From an uncultured bacterium (GTDB lineage: Bacteria > Armatimonadota > HRBIN16): a DNA stretch of 64,000 bases. The notes under the pieces were generated by a model. That model was not told the origin of the DNA and ran no database searches. It saw only the letters and a list, made by a program, of their open reading frames with translations. How positions within the stretch are numbered: position 1 is the first letter of the stretch; every line of letters begins with the position of its first letter. Positions 26,968 to 36,732 of this stretch are shown here, piece after piece. A program made the position numbers and the translations under genes. The stretch is from NCBI GenBank assembly GCA_964650005.1, contig CAZYPZ010000023.1, positions 6,288-70,287 of the forward strand, given 5' to 3'.

Positions 26968-29323
26968 CGTGACTATGTGGCGCGTCGGTTGCCTGATGAC
27001 TTTGCTTATGCTGACGCACGGCGCCCGAGCCGTCGAACCCAGTTTGGCGGTTCGTTTCCAGCAGCGGCCGGGTGCGTTTGTTGTGGAGGTGACGGGCAAT
27101 GCGGTGATCCGCCCGGATCTGCGCACGTATGGCAAGAACGGTTCTTTGGTCGTGGACATCCCCGGCACTCCACGGAGCGGAGCGCAGCGGATCTCCGTTC
27201 GTAAACACGGCGTTCAATGGGCCTGGATGGGGTGGTATCAGGCCAAACCGCCGATTACGCGTTTGCGCGTCCTGCTGTCCGAGCCGACCCCGAAGGCGTA
27301 TCGCCTGTCCGCTGATCAGCGGGTCTTGCGCATAGCCGTGGGACGTGACAGCGCTGTGCTGGCAGAGCAATGGGATCTTGAAATCGCACGCGATACCGCG
27401 GCGATGGCTTCTGTCGCCCCGTTGTCAAAATCGGGAGCCGCGTCGGACACAGACAAACCTGTTTTGAATCCTGTGGAGCCGCAGTCGGGAACGGCTCCGT
27501 CCTCCGTCGCGCCGGACAACACAGGCGCGAATGCTGACGTGCCGACAGAGCGAGCCAGGCCGGCGCCGATGGAACGATCGCCGCGGGTCCAGACAGGTTC
27601 TGCAATCCGCGAGGACAGTCCGCGTAAAGTCAATCCAGCTCCAGCGGTGTCTGACGAACCACCCGGAAATCCGGGCAACGTGGTGTCCGCCACGTCGCTC
27701 GGCTCCGCCAGCTGGATCCGTGGCAATCGGGTTTCGGTGAATCTGGCGAATACCGAGCTGTCCAGCGTGTTACGGGCCTTGGCGATGCAATCCGGTATGA
27801 ACATCGTGGCTGCTCCGGAGGTGAAGGGACAGATCACCATCAATGTCAACAATGTCACCGTGGAAGAGGCGCTGGATCTGGTGGCCCATATATCCGGTTT
27901 CCAGGTGCAGCGTTTTGGGCAGACCTGGGTGGTGGGCGGCCCGGAGACGATGGCGCGCCTGCTGAGCAGCACCACGCCGCAGCCCGGATCGATCATGGAG
28001 ACCCATTCGGTTGGGGCGGCAGACACCACCCAGTTGGAGCAGGTCATCAAGAAAATGGTCCCGGCGGTGGGCATCTCCTGGACGCAGCCCGTCGAGGGAA
28101 AAGGCTCGGTGGCCGTACTTATGGGTACGCCTGAAGACGTCAACAAGGCCAAATCTCTGTTGACGCAGCTGTCAGCAGGTGCGACCATCGCAACACCTGC
28201 CGAAAAGGTTGTAGATACCTACCGCGTAAAACACGCCAAAGTGTCGGACCTGGTGAACTTGTGCAAGTCGCTGTTCCCCTCTGTGACGGTGATGGCGGGA
28301 CCGGAGGCCGGATTCAACAAGCAGGCTCCCGCGGCGATACAGATCAGCAAGGTTGGCGGGGAATCAACGCTGGAATCTGGCGGCGAGGAGACGAAAACTG
28401 CCGGCGACGCGGCTCAGGTGTTGGTTCTGACCGGTGAGCAAACCGAAATTGACCGGGTGAAGACGTTCCTGTCACATGTGGACATCGGTTCGCCCCAGGT
28501 GTTGATCGAGGCGCGCGTGCTGGACGTCAACACCAACTGGGAACGCACGTTGGGACTGGGGATCGATTTCACCAATGCTGTACTCAACAGCACATTCGAT
28601 GTGGCCAATGGCGTATTCCGAATAGGCCGCGTGGTGACCGATGCGACGACTCGGACCAACACAAGCGGCAACTCCAGCGGGAGTGCCGTGAAAGTGGAAG
28701 TAAAAGACGGTGTACCCACCACTAACAGCACCGTCGACACCAGTTCGACATCTAGCAGTTCGACAACCCGAAACCGGACAGACACGTTGATGCCCATGGG
28801 CATCGAGGGGCGCTTGAAGGCGCTGATCGACAACAACGATGCCCGATTGCTGGCCAAGCCGTCCATTCTGGTCTTGGAAAATCGTCCGGCGCGTATCTTC
28901 ATTGGCGATGAAGTGAAATATGTGATCAGCATTCAACAGACACCCCAGGGTGCGAATGTGCAGACAGAGACCGCACAGGTGGGCATCCAGTTGAATGTGA
29001 TCGCCCGGATCAACAACAACGGTGAGATTACGCTCAGCATCCATCCCGAGGTCAGCACCATTCGCGAGTGGATCACCATCGCCGCCACCGGTCTGGCATT
29101 ACCGAACATCTCACGTCGGTTCGCCGACAGCACCATCCGCATGAAGAGCGGCGACACGGTGGTTATCGGCGGACTGATCAGCGATCAGGATGTGAAGCGG
29201 GTGTCCAAAGTCCCATTGCTCGGAGACCTTCCTGTCTTCGGGTATCTTTTCAAACAGGACGCGAAACAGCGCAGGAACTCCGAGGTTGTGGTGTTTCTGA
29301 AAGCAACCGTACTCTCCGACTAG
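26957..29323 (+). CDS. pilQ: Type IV pilus secretin PilQ (with N-terminal AMIN-like domain)
   Basis: C-terminal secretin signature ending VVVFLKATVLSD; 788 aa. Confidence 0.9.
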   Translation: MTVNVTMWRVGCLMTLLMLTHGARAVEPSLAVRFQQRPGAFVVEVTGNAVIRPDLRTYGKNGSLVVDIPGTPRSGAQRISVRKHGVQWAWMGWYQAKPPITRLRVLLSEPTPKAYRLSADQRVLRIAVGRDSAVLAEQWDLEIARDTAAMASVAPLSKSGAASDTDKPVLNPVEPQSGTAPSSVAPDNTGANADVPTERARPAPMERSPRVQTGSAIREDSPRKVNPAPAVSDEPPGNPGNVVSATSLGSASWIRGNRVSVNLANTELSSVLRALAMQSGMNIVAAPEVKGQITINVNNVTVEEALDLVAHISGFQVQRFGQTWVVGGPETMARLLSSTTPQPGSIMETHSVGAADTTQLEQVIKKMVPAVGISWTQPVEGKGSVAVLMGTPEDVNKAKSLLTQLSAGATIATPAEKVVDTYRVKHAKVSDLVNLCKSLFPSVTVMAGPEAGFNKQAPAAIQISKVGGESTLESGGEETKTAGDAAQVLVLTGEQTEIDRVKTFLSHVDIGSPQVLIEARVLDVNTNWERTLGLGIDFTNAVLNSTFDVANGVFRIGRVVTDATTRTNTSGNSSGSAVKVEVKDGVPTTNSTVDTSSTSSSSTTRNRTDTLMPMGIEGRLKALIDNNDARLLAKPSILVLENRPARIFIGDEVKYVISIQQTPQGANVQTETAQVGIQLNVIARINNNGEITLSIHPEVSTIREWITIAATGLALPNISRRFADSTIRMKSGDTVVIGGLISDQDVKRVSKVPLLGDLPVFGYLFKQDAKQRRNSEVVVFLKATVLSD

Positions 29324-29332
29324 CAGGTTTAC

Positions 29333-31093
29333 ATGGCGATACCGAAAGCACCTGGCACAAAACCCGGGATGATCTTTGTCACAGCAGGGCTGATTGACGA
29401 AGAACAGCTCGACATGGCAATCAACAAGCAGAAACAGATGCCCGGACAGACCGATCTGGGCAAGTTGCTGGTTGACATGGGGCTGATCTCGGACCGGCAG
29501 CGTGTGCAATGCCAGGCGGATATGTGGGGTATCCCCTATCTGGATCTGAGCAAAGCGCCGCCCGATGCGGAGATCGCCCGGCTGCTCTCGCAAAGTGTGG
29601 CGAGGCAGTACAAAGCGATCCCGGTTGCGCTGGAAGGTCGACGGATCACGGTGGCCATGGTCAACCCGTTGGATATCTACGCCACCGATGAGATCCGACT
29701 GATTACCGGCAAGGATGTGGAACCGGTTTTCGCCACCGAGGAAGACATCCTGAACGCCATCAGTGCGACGTACCGTGACGAGGTGCAGATGAGCGATGTG
29801 CTGACGGCGGTTGTGGCCGATCTGGGCGACGCCACCGTCAGTGTGGAGGATGTGCTCAAGCCGGAAGAAGAAGAAGGCCTCAGTCTGGAGCAACTGCGGG
29901 AGATGGGCGAAGTGGCGCCCGTCGTCCGGTTGTCCAACATGATGATCGCCGATGCCATACGCGAAAAGGCATCGGACATTCACGTGGAGCCGGGTAAGGA
30001 TGCGGTCAAGGTGCGCTACCGGATAGACGGCGTGCTGCGCGACATGATGGCGGTGCCCAAACAGGTTCAGGCCTCTTTGACCAGCCGGTTGAAGATCATG
30101 GCCAGCATGGATATCGCCGAAAAGCGGGTGCCGCAGGATGGCCGCATCAGTATTTCGGTGGACGGGCGGCACTACGATCTGCGGGTAAATACTTTGCCCT
30201 CTATCTATGGCGAAAAGATCGTACTGCGGATCCTGGATCGAGCCGCGATCAGCGTGGATTTTCACAAACTGGGAATGCTGCAATACACGCTGGACCTTTT
30301 TGAGCAGATCATCAGTCGCCCGTATGGCATTATTCTGGTGACGGGGCCCACCGGTTCGGGTAAGTCCACGACGCTCTATTCCGTGTTGTCCCGGTTGAAC
30401 ACCGGCGACCGTAACATTCTGACGATCGAAGATCCGGTGGAGTACGAACTCACCGGATTGACCCAAGTAAACGTGAACCTGCGCGCGGAGATGACATTTG
30501 CCGCGGGATTGCGCGCGATGATGCGCCAGGATCCGGACATCATCATGGTGGGGGAGATCCGCGACAGAGTCACGGCGACCATCGCGGTAGAGGCCGCATT
30601 GACAGGACACCTGGTTCTATCGACATTGCACACCAACGACGCGCCGGGGGCGGTGGCGCGTCTGATCGAAATGGGGGTGGAGCCGTTCCTGATTGCATCC
30701 TCGCTGATCGGCGTCATGGCCCAACGTCTGGTCCGCACCATCTGCCCCAAATGCAAAGTCCAGTATGAGCCGGACCGGGAGGCGCTGTATCGAGTCGGGT
30801 TTACCCGGGAGATGCTGGAAGGGCAGAACGGAGACGCGCCGCCTGTGTTCTATCGCGGCGAAGGGTGTGACTTCTGCAAACGCAGCGGATACAAAGGCCG
30901 CGTCGGTATCTATGAACTGATGCCGGTTCCGGAAGAGATGCGTGAAATGATACTGCGCCGCGAGCCCACCGACGCTATCCGGGCGACCGCGGTCAAGGCC
31001 GGTATGTATACTCTCAAACATGACATGATGCAAAAGATCCTGCTGGGCATCACTACGCTGGAGGAGTCGATCCGGGTGATCTACTCGGGATGA
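29333..31093 (+). CDS. pilB: Type IV pilus assembly ATPase PilB (GspE family)
   Basis: T2SSE N-terminal domain, Walker A LVTGPTGSGKSTT and a tetracysteine motif. Confidence 0.9.
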   Translation: MAIPKAPGTKPGMIFVTAGLIDEEQLDMAINKQKQMPGQTDLGKLLVDMGLISDRQRVQCQADMWGIPYLDLSKAPPDAEIARLLSQSVARQYKAIPVALEGRRITVAMVNPLDIYATDEIRLITGKDVEPVFATEEDILNAISATYRDEVQMSDVLTAVVADLGDATVSVEDVLKPEEEEGLSLEQLREMGEVAPVVRLSNMMIADAIREKASDIHVEPGKDAVKVRYRIDGVLRDMMAVPKQVQASLTSRLKIMASMDIAEKRVPQDGRISISVDGRHYDLRVNTLPSIYGEKIVLRILDRAAISVDFHKLGMLQYTLDLFEQIISRPYGIILVTGPTGSGKSTTLYSVLSRLNTGDRNILTIEDPVEYELTGLTQVNVNLRAEMTFAAGLRAMMRQDPDIIMVGEIRDRVTATIAVEAALTGHLVLSTLHTNDAPGAVARLIEMGVEPFLIASSLIGVMAQRLVRTICPKCKVQYEPDREALYRVGFTREMLEGQNGDAPPVFYRGEGCDFCKRSGYKGRVGIYELMPVPEEMREMILRREPTDAIRATAVKAGMYTLKHDMMQKILLGITTLEESIRVIYSG

Positions 31094-31144
31094 GAACCGC
31101 CCGCACGGGAACATTACCGTTACACCGAATGGGAGTCCGTCGCC

Positions 31145-32359
31145 ATGTCTGATTTCGATCTGCTCGAACCGCTGTTCGACGAACCGGTTCCGTCGCGTAA
31201 GGCGACCCCTCAAAAGGGGCTGTCCGGCGATGACCTGTCGACAGTATCCGGGCTGACGTCCCACCACATCGATATGGCTTCGGTTCCTTTCAACCTCGAT
31301 GACTTGGACATTCATCAACTGCTTGGGCTTGTCCGCCAGTTTGGCGCGAGCGATATGCATCTGACTGCCGACTTGCCTCCGGTAATGCGTATCGATGGCG
31401 AGTTACATACCTTGCCATGCGATCTTTTGGACAGCAATCAGATCCAGCGGCTGGTTTACGAGGTGCTGACAGACGAGCAGATCTCTCAGTTCGAGCGTAA
31501 GAAGGAGTTGGACTTTTCGTTTGGAACGGCCGAACTGGGGCGCTTTCGGTTCAACCTCTACAAACAGCGCGGCGCTATCGGTGCGGCCATCCGGGCCATA
31601 CCGGCCAAGATCCCCACGTTCGAACAGTTGAACCTGCCTCCCGTGCTCAAAGAGCTGACCCGGCTTCAGAGCGGTCTGGTGCTGGTCACCGGTCCCACCG
31701 GTTCGGGCAAGTCCACCACGATAGCGGTGATGATCGACACGATCAACTCACTCTATTACAAGCACATCATGACGATCGAGGATCCGATCGAGTATGTGCA
31801 TAAGCATAAACGCGCCATGGTGAACCAGCGGGAGATCGGCAGCGACAGCGACAGCTTTCACGACTCCATTCGGGCGGTACTGCGGGAAGATCCCGATGTG
31901 ATCCTGCTGGGGGAGATGCGCGATCTGGAGACCATCCAGGCGGCGCTGACGCTGGCCGAAACCGGCCACCTGGTGTTTGGTACGCTTCACACACGCAGCG
32001 CCGCACAAACGGTGGACCGGATTATCGATGTGTTCTCGCCCGAGCAGCAGGAACAGATCCGGGTGCTGCTGGCCAACACGTTGCAGGCGATCATCACCCA
32101 GCAGCTGATGCCGGCCGTGGGGGGCGGCCGGGTGGGGGCGCTCGAAATCCTGCTGGTGACATCCGCCACGCGTAACTTGATCCGGGAAGGCAAGACGCAT
32201 CAGATCCCGACGGTCATCGAAACGGGCGGGAACCTCGGCATGCAATCCATGGATAAGGCGCTGGTCGAGCTTGTCCGCCAGGGACGGATCACACTGGATA
32301 TGGCCATGGAACGGGCGGCAGACAGGGACAATATTGTGCGTATCATGACCGCCATCTGA
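31145..32359 (+). CDS. pilT: Twitching motility retraction ATPase PilT with roughly 55-aa N-terminal extension
   Basis: LVLVTGPTGSGKSTT and GRVGALEIL motifs; 404 aa versus roughly 345 for a typical PilT. Confidence 0.85.
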   Translation: MSDFDLLEPLFDEPVPSRKATPQKGLSGDDLSTVSGLTSHHIDMASVPFNLDDLDIHQLLGLVRQFGASDMHLTADLPPVMRIDGELHTLPCDLLDSNQIQRLVYEVLTDEQISQFERKKELDFSFGTAELGRFRFNLYKQRGAIGAAIRAIPAKIPTFEQLNLPPVLKELTRLQSGLVLVTGPTGSGKSTTIAVMIDTINSLYYKHIMTIEDPIEYVHKHKRAMVNQREIGSDSDSFHDSIRAVLREDPDVILLGEMRDLETIQAALTLAETGHLVFGTLHTRSAAQTVDRIIDVFSPEQQEQIRVLLANTLQAIITQQLMPAVGGGRVGALEILLVTSATRNLIREGKTHQIPTVIETGGNLGMQSMDKALVELVRQGRITLDMAMERAADRDNIVRIMTAI

Positions 32360-32375
32360 CAGGAGCTGATATCCC

Positions 32376-33587
32376 GTGGCCAAGTATCCCTATCAGGCCG
32401 TTGACGGAAACGGACGCAACGTGCGCGGTGTGATCGAGGCGGAGACCCGCCTGGAGGCGCTGCAGGCGCTTCAGCAACAGCGCCTGTATGTGGTGAATCT
32501 GGGCGCGGCGCGTACCGGATCGTCATTGTTTTCGGTTGGCGGTGGAGGCGGGCGCATACGTCACGAGGATGTGCTGGCGTTTACGTGGCAATTCGCCACG
32601 ATGGTGGGTGCAGGTATTCCCTTGCTGAAGTGCCTGGACATCCTGAAAGGTCAAGCCAAAAATCAACGGTTCAAGGAAGCCATCGGCGCGATCAATCAGG
32701 ATGTGCAAAATGGAGCCACGCTGGCCGACTCGCTCGCACGCCACCCGGCCATCTTCAACCGATTGTACGTGAACATGGTGCGGGCGGCTGAAGTGGGCGG
32801 ATTGCTCGATCAGGTGCTGATCCGGATCGCGCAGTTCCTGGAAAACGATATGGAGATCCGGCAGAAGATCAAATCGGCCATGATGTATCCCATCCTGGTG
32901 CTCTGCTTTGCGGTGATCATGATGGCGGCGATGTTCAATGTTGTGCTGCCCCAGTTCAAGAGCATCTTCACGGGCATGAACATCGAGATGCCGACATTGA
33001 CGAAGATCATCTTCGCGGTCAGTGATCTTTCGGCGCAGTATTGGTATGTCCCGCCGGCCATTGTCATTGGGGTGGTGTTTACGCTGCGTGCGTTGGTGCG
33101 CACACCCAGCGGTCGCGTGCAGTATGACGCGATCAAACTCCGTGTTCCCATTGTGGGTGAGCTGGTGCTCAAGATGGCTGTCTCCCGTTTTTCCAGAACG
33201 CTGGGTGTATTGGTGGCGAGCGGAGTGCCCTTGGTGCGCTGTCTTGAAATCGTCGGTGAGACATCGGGGAATGCGATCATCGCCAATGCCTTGGACAAGG
33301 TTCGCGCCGGTGTGCTGGACGGGCAGCGGTTATCCATGCCGATGGCCGCCACCGGATTGTTTCCCAGCATGGTCGTGCATATGGTGGATGTCGGCGAAGA
33401 GAGCGGACAGCTCAGCGAAATGCTTGTCAAGGTGTCTGATTTCTTCGACAAAGAGGTCGACGCAGCAGTGAAAGGTCTGACCTCGATGATCGAGCCGGCG
33501 CTGATCATTCTGATGGGTGTGCTGGTCGGTATCATCGCGGTATCGATTATGGGGCCCATCTTCACATTGGCGGGCAGCATCAACTGA
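32376..33587 (+). CDS. pilC: Type IV pilus platform protein PilC (GspF family)
   Basis: Two GspF repeats with TM helices; GTG start behind AGGAG. Confidence 0.9.
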   Translation: MAKYPYQAVDGNGRNVRGVIEAETRLEALQALQQQRLYVVNLGAARTGSSLFSVGGGGGRIRHEDVLAFTWQFATMVGAGIPLLKCLDILKGQAKNQRFKEAIGAINQDVQNGATLADSLARHPAIFNRLYVNMVRAAEVGGLLDQVLIRIAQFLENDMEIRQKIKSAMMYPILVLCFAVIMMAAMFNVVLPQFKSIFTGMNIEMPTLTKIIFAVSDLSAQYWYVPPAIVIGVVFTLRALVRTPSGRVQYDAIKLRVPIVGELVLKMAVSRFSRTLGVLVASGVPLVRCLEIVGETSGNAIIANALDKVRAGVLDGQRLSMPMAATGLFPSMVVHMVDVGEESGQLSEMLVKVSDFFDKEVDAAVKGLTSMIEPALIILMGVLVGIIAVSIMGPIFTLAGSIN

Positions 33588-33666
33588 TTGTGCTCGCCGA
33601 TGGTATGGTCATCGGATCGACAGGCTGTCAGGATGCATCTGTTTTGAGTCTGCCGGGTGACCAAAA

Positions 33667-33713
33667 GCTGACATTCTGTCAGCGCATCGCTTTCGATTGC
33701 ATGTTAGTATAAT
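33667..33713 (+). promoter_or_regulatory. Perfect 17-bp palindrome GCTGACATTCTGTCAGC (candidate TetR operator) overlapping a promoter with TATAAT -10
   Basis: Palindrome at 33667..33683 and TATAAT at 33708..33713, 38 bp before the tetR ATG. The region is AT-rich. Confidence 0.45.
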
Positions 33714-33750
33714 GACTGGATGAGTTCAGAGAGGCGAAGGGAGGTCAACA

Positions 33751-34401
33751 ATGGACGACGCACATTATATGCCTGAAGAGCCGAAGTCACCGCCGCCGAG
33801 TACTCGGCCCAGCGCGCGCGAACGCATACTGCGGGCGGCTGAAGCCTTATTTGCCGAGCGTGGATTCGATCAGTCATCTGTCGGCGAAATCGCCTATCGC
33901 GCCGGCGTAAACCGTGCGCTGTTGTACTACTATTTTCGTCAAAAGGACGATATCTACCGGCAGATCATGATCGAGGGAATGAGCCTGTTGAGGCAGGTCA
34001 CCAGCAATGTGCTGGAGCCGGGAATGACTGTGCGCGAGGCGGTGGGGGCGTTCATCGACGCGTATCTGGATATGGCAAAAACACACCCCGGGCTGGTGCG
34101 GATTGTTTACAGAGAGATCGTAGGCGCCCAACATCAGGACAGCGAGTCCCGTGCATTTGTCGACGAGTTTGTCGGCACCATCTGGATGTTGCGCGCGGTG
34201 CTGGAGCGCGGTATTCAGGCGGGCGAGCTGGCGCCACATGACCCGATCAAGGGGGTCATCAGCCTGTTCGGATTGACCAATGTGTTCATAACCGTCGATT
34301 ATCTCGACGGCGCGAGCTTCTCCCGAGAAGAGGTACGCGACCACATCCTGCGTGTGTTTTTCGAGGGACTGGGAACGGCCAGGGACGGAGCCGGTTCATG
34401 A
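33751..34401 (+). CDS. TetR/AcrR family transcriptional regulator
   Basis: HTH region RERILRAAEALFAERGFDQSSVGEIAYRAGVNRALLYYYF. Confidence 0.85.
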   Translation: MDDAHYMPEEPKSPPPSTRPSARERILRAAEALFAERGFDQSSVGEIAYRAGVNRALLYYYFRQKDDIYRQIMIEGMSLLRQVTSNVLEPGMTVREAVGAFIDAYLDMAKTHPGLVRIVYREIVGAQHQDSESRAFVDEFVGTIWMLRAVLERGIQAGELAPHDPIKGVISLFGLTNVFITVDYLDGASFSREEVRDHILRVFFEGLGTARDGAGS

Positions 34402-35420
34402 AACCGGATTACACCCAGTTCGTACGCGTGCTGCAGCGAACCCGGCGTCCTGATCACCTGCCTCTTTATGAGCACATCGCCAGTCCCGGGTTCATCGCGC
34501 GGGCCACTCAGTCGGATTTCGATCGGCGGCCGCAAGACGAGACCTATTGGCGCATCTATGTTCAGTTTTGGATGGACATGGGGTTCGATGTCGTTCCGCT
34601 GGAGGTTCCCTTGAACCTGCCTGCGCCGGCTGCGCAGGCGGGAGAAAGCTTCGAGAGCGAGGCGTTTGTGGTCATTCGCAGCGCTGACGACTTCGACACG
34701 TATCCCTGGCCCGAGGAAGACAACGCACTGGATTTCAGCGTATTCGAGCGCGTGGCGAACCTGTTGCCCGATGGCGCCAAACTGGTTGCCGGGGTGTGCA
34801 TGGGCCCCTACGAACACGTCTCGCGCATGCTGGGAACGATCGGTTTGTCCTACTTGCTGGCGGATGATCCCGATCTGGTTCAAGCCATGTTTGACCGTAT
34901 CGGTCGGTTGATTGTCTCGGTGGATAAACGCCTGGCGGCGATGGATGCGGTGTGCGCCGTGCGGCAGGGCGACGATCTGGGCTTCAAGACCGCCACGTTC
35001 CTGTCGCCGGCTCAGTTGCGGCGATATGTGTTTCCGATATACGCTCGGCAGGTGCAGGCGGCCCACGATCAGGGTAAACCCTTCGTACTGCATTCCTGTG
35101 GTCAACTCAGCGCGGTGTATGACGATCTGATCGACTTCTGCAAGATCGATGCCAAGCACTCGTTCGAAGACCAGATCATGCCGCCTTATGAGTTCAAACG
35201 GCTATACGGCGACCGGGTGACGGCGTTGGGTGGTCTGGATGTGGACACGATCTGCCGTTCGGATGAGGTCCATCTGAGGGCTTATACGCGCCGAATGATC
35301 GAAGCGTGCTTTGCCGATGGCTGGTGGGCGCTGGGCACCGGCAACTCGTTGACAGATTACATGCCGGTTGAAAACTATCGGATTGTGCTTGACGAAGCGC
35401 AACGCGTGCTGAACGGTTAA
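34398..35420 (+). CDS. Uroporphyrinogen decarboxylase (URO-D) family protein, MtaA/CmuA-like methyltransferase candidate
   Basis: LSPAQLRRYVFPIY and HSCG motifs typical of URO-D-fold proteins. Overlaps the tetR stop (ATGA). Confidence 0.6.
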   Translation: MKPDYTQFVRVLQRTRRPDHLPLYEHIASPGFIARATQSDFDRRPQDETYWRIYVQFWMDMGFDVVPLEVPLNLPAPAAQAGESFESEAFVVIRSADDFDTYPWPEEDNALDFSVFERVANLLPDGAKLVAGVCMGPYEHVSRMLGTIGLSYLLADDPDLVQAMFDRIGRLIVSVDKRLAAMDAVCAVRQGDDLGFKTATFLSPAQLRRYVFPIYARQVQAAHDQGKPFVLHSCGQLSAVYDDLIDFCKIDAKHSFEDQIMPPYEFKRLYGDRVTALGGLDVDTICRSDEVHLRAYTRRMIEACFADGWWALGTGNSLTDYMPVENYRIVLDEAQRVLNG

Positions 35421-35528
35421 GCCTTCAACTGCCGGCGCGTGTGCGCCGGCAGACCGGGTCCCCCATACGCATCTCCGCGTGTATCAGGTACAGTTGGGCA
35501 GGAAACTCACTGTGAAAGGACACCACAG

Positions 35529-36110
35529 ATGCATAGATGGATATCCGGACTGGTCATGACAGCTGCGGCTGTGTTTGGGGCGTTAGCACCGCTCGGGGCG
35601 CAACAGGCGGCCCTCAAACCGGTGTGGAAGCACACTATGACAAGCATCGACGGTAAATCGGTGCCGCTGAGCCGATATCGCGGTAAAGTGCTGCTGATCG
35701 TCAATACCGCCTCGCAGTGTGGACTGACACCCCAATATGCCGGTCTGCAGGCACTTTACAACAAGTACCGTAAGCAGGGTTTGGAGATCCTGGCGTTCCC
35801 AGCGAATGACTTTGGCGCCCAAGAGCCGGGAACCGATCAGCAGATCAAGGTGTTCTGCACCACCAAGTACAACGTGACCTTCCCGCTGTTCTCCAAGATA
35901 TCGGTCAAAGGGGACACCATGCATCCGTTGTACCGGTATCTGACGGCTCAGCAGACGGCTCCGCGTCCGGCCGGCGAGATCGAGTGGAACTTTGCCAAGT
36001 TCCTGATCAGCCGTAAAGGAGAGGTCGTGGCCCGGTTCGCATCCCGGGAGGATCCGCAGTCACCGGAGATCGTCGCCGCCATCGAGCGGGAGTTGAAAGC
36101 GGCGAAATAG
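35529..36110 (+). CDS. Glutathione peroxidase (with signal peptide)
   Basis: LLIVNTASQCGLTPQY...FPANDFGAQEPG GPx signature. Start moved to MHRWISGL. Confidence 0.85.
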   Translation: MHRWISGLVMTAAAVFGALAPLGAQQAALKPVWKHTMTSIDGKSVPLSRYRGKVLLIVNTASQCGLTPQYAGLQALYNKYRKQGLEILAFPANDFGAQEPGTDQQIKVFCTTKYNVTFPLFSKISVKGDTMHPLYRYLTAQQTAPRPAGEIEWNFAKFLISRKGEVVARFASREDPQSPEIVAAIERELKAAK

Positions 36111-36181
36111 CAGCAGCGCTGCACCCTGCTACTGCGACAGGCTCACCGGCGGCGGGCCGTCAGCCAAAATATCCAGCAAGA

Positions 36182-36207
36182 CAGGAGCGCCTTCGGTGGC
36201 GCTCCTG
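36182..36207 (+). terminator. Intrinsic terminator (10-bp perfect stem CAGGAGCGCC / GGCGCTCCTG, 6-nt loop) followed by ATTATCTATT
   Basis: Located 72 bp after the gpx stop. Confidence 0.6.
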
Positions 36208-36227
36208 ATTATCTATTGCAGACCGAT

Positions 36228-36360
36228 TATCCCCGGTACATTGACGTCAACAGTGGCAGAATGCCCTGTGGTTTCATCGTAGTGGCAGGTCACGACATCA
36301 CTATCGCGGTGCGTCCGGATGGTTCTCTGGCGGCATGGGGATGTGACGTCAACGGGTAGT
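36228..36360 (+). pseudogene. Remnant of an RCC1-like beta-propeller repeat gene (about 44 codons, no start)
   Basis: The plus-frame translation ...VAGHDITIAVRPDGSLAAWGCDVNG* matches the RCC1 repeat consensus G-H-x-A-x-x-DG-x-x-x-WG-x-N-x-G. No intact ORF surrounds it. Confidence 0.25.
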
Positions 36361-36681
36361 CTCGACCGCCCGCCGGCTGGGGCTGCAGTGTATCCGAAGT
36401 CGCGCCGCATCCCGGTCATCAGGCGGATGCACCGCTCTCGGATAGGGTTCAGCCATGACAGGAGCACAGGGGCGAGTTTATCCTGTTCTGCATGACGCCC
36501 TACAACGTCCGCATCTAGTCGGGGAGGTATCTGCCTTTGAGGGTGCCGGATGTCCGGGGTGAACAACCGCTGGATCGGCGCTTCGTGAACCGATAAGCCG
36601 ACGGCGACAACAGCACATTACGCTGTTTGGCAACCCGGATGTAGACCGCCAATTTGGCGCGATCAGAAACGGAATGCAACA

Positions 36682-36710
36682 GGGGCGCACGGTTGGCCGC
36701 CGTGCGCCCC
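36682..36710 (-). terminator. Intrinsic terminator (11-bp stem GGGGCGCACGG / CCGTGCGCCCC)
   Basis: Located 23 bp downstream of the M48 peptidase stop. It is followed on the minus strand by TGTTGCATTCCGTTTC. Confidence 0.5.
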
Positions 36711-36732
36711 CAGTGGGATGGATCGAGCCTAG

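Noticed and set aside
36213-36566. 117-aa minus-strand ORF in the gpx to M48 gap
   Set aside because: It has no RBS and an implausible composition. The region looks like a decayed remnant (RCC1-like fragment on the plus strand) between two terminators.
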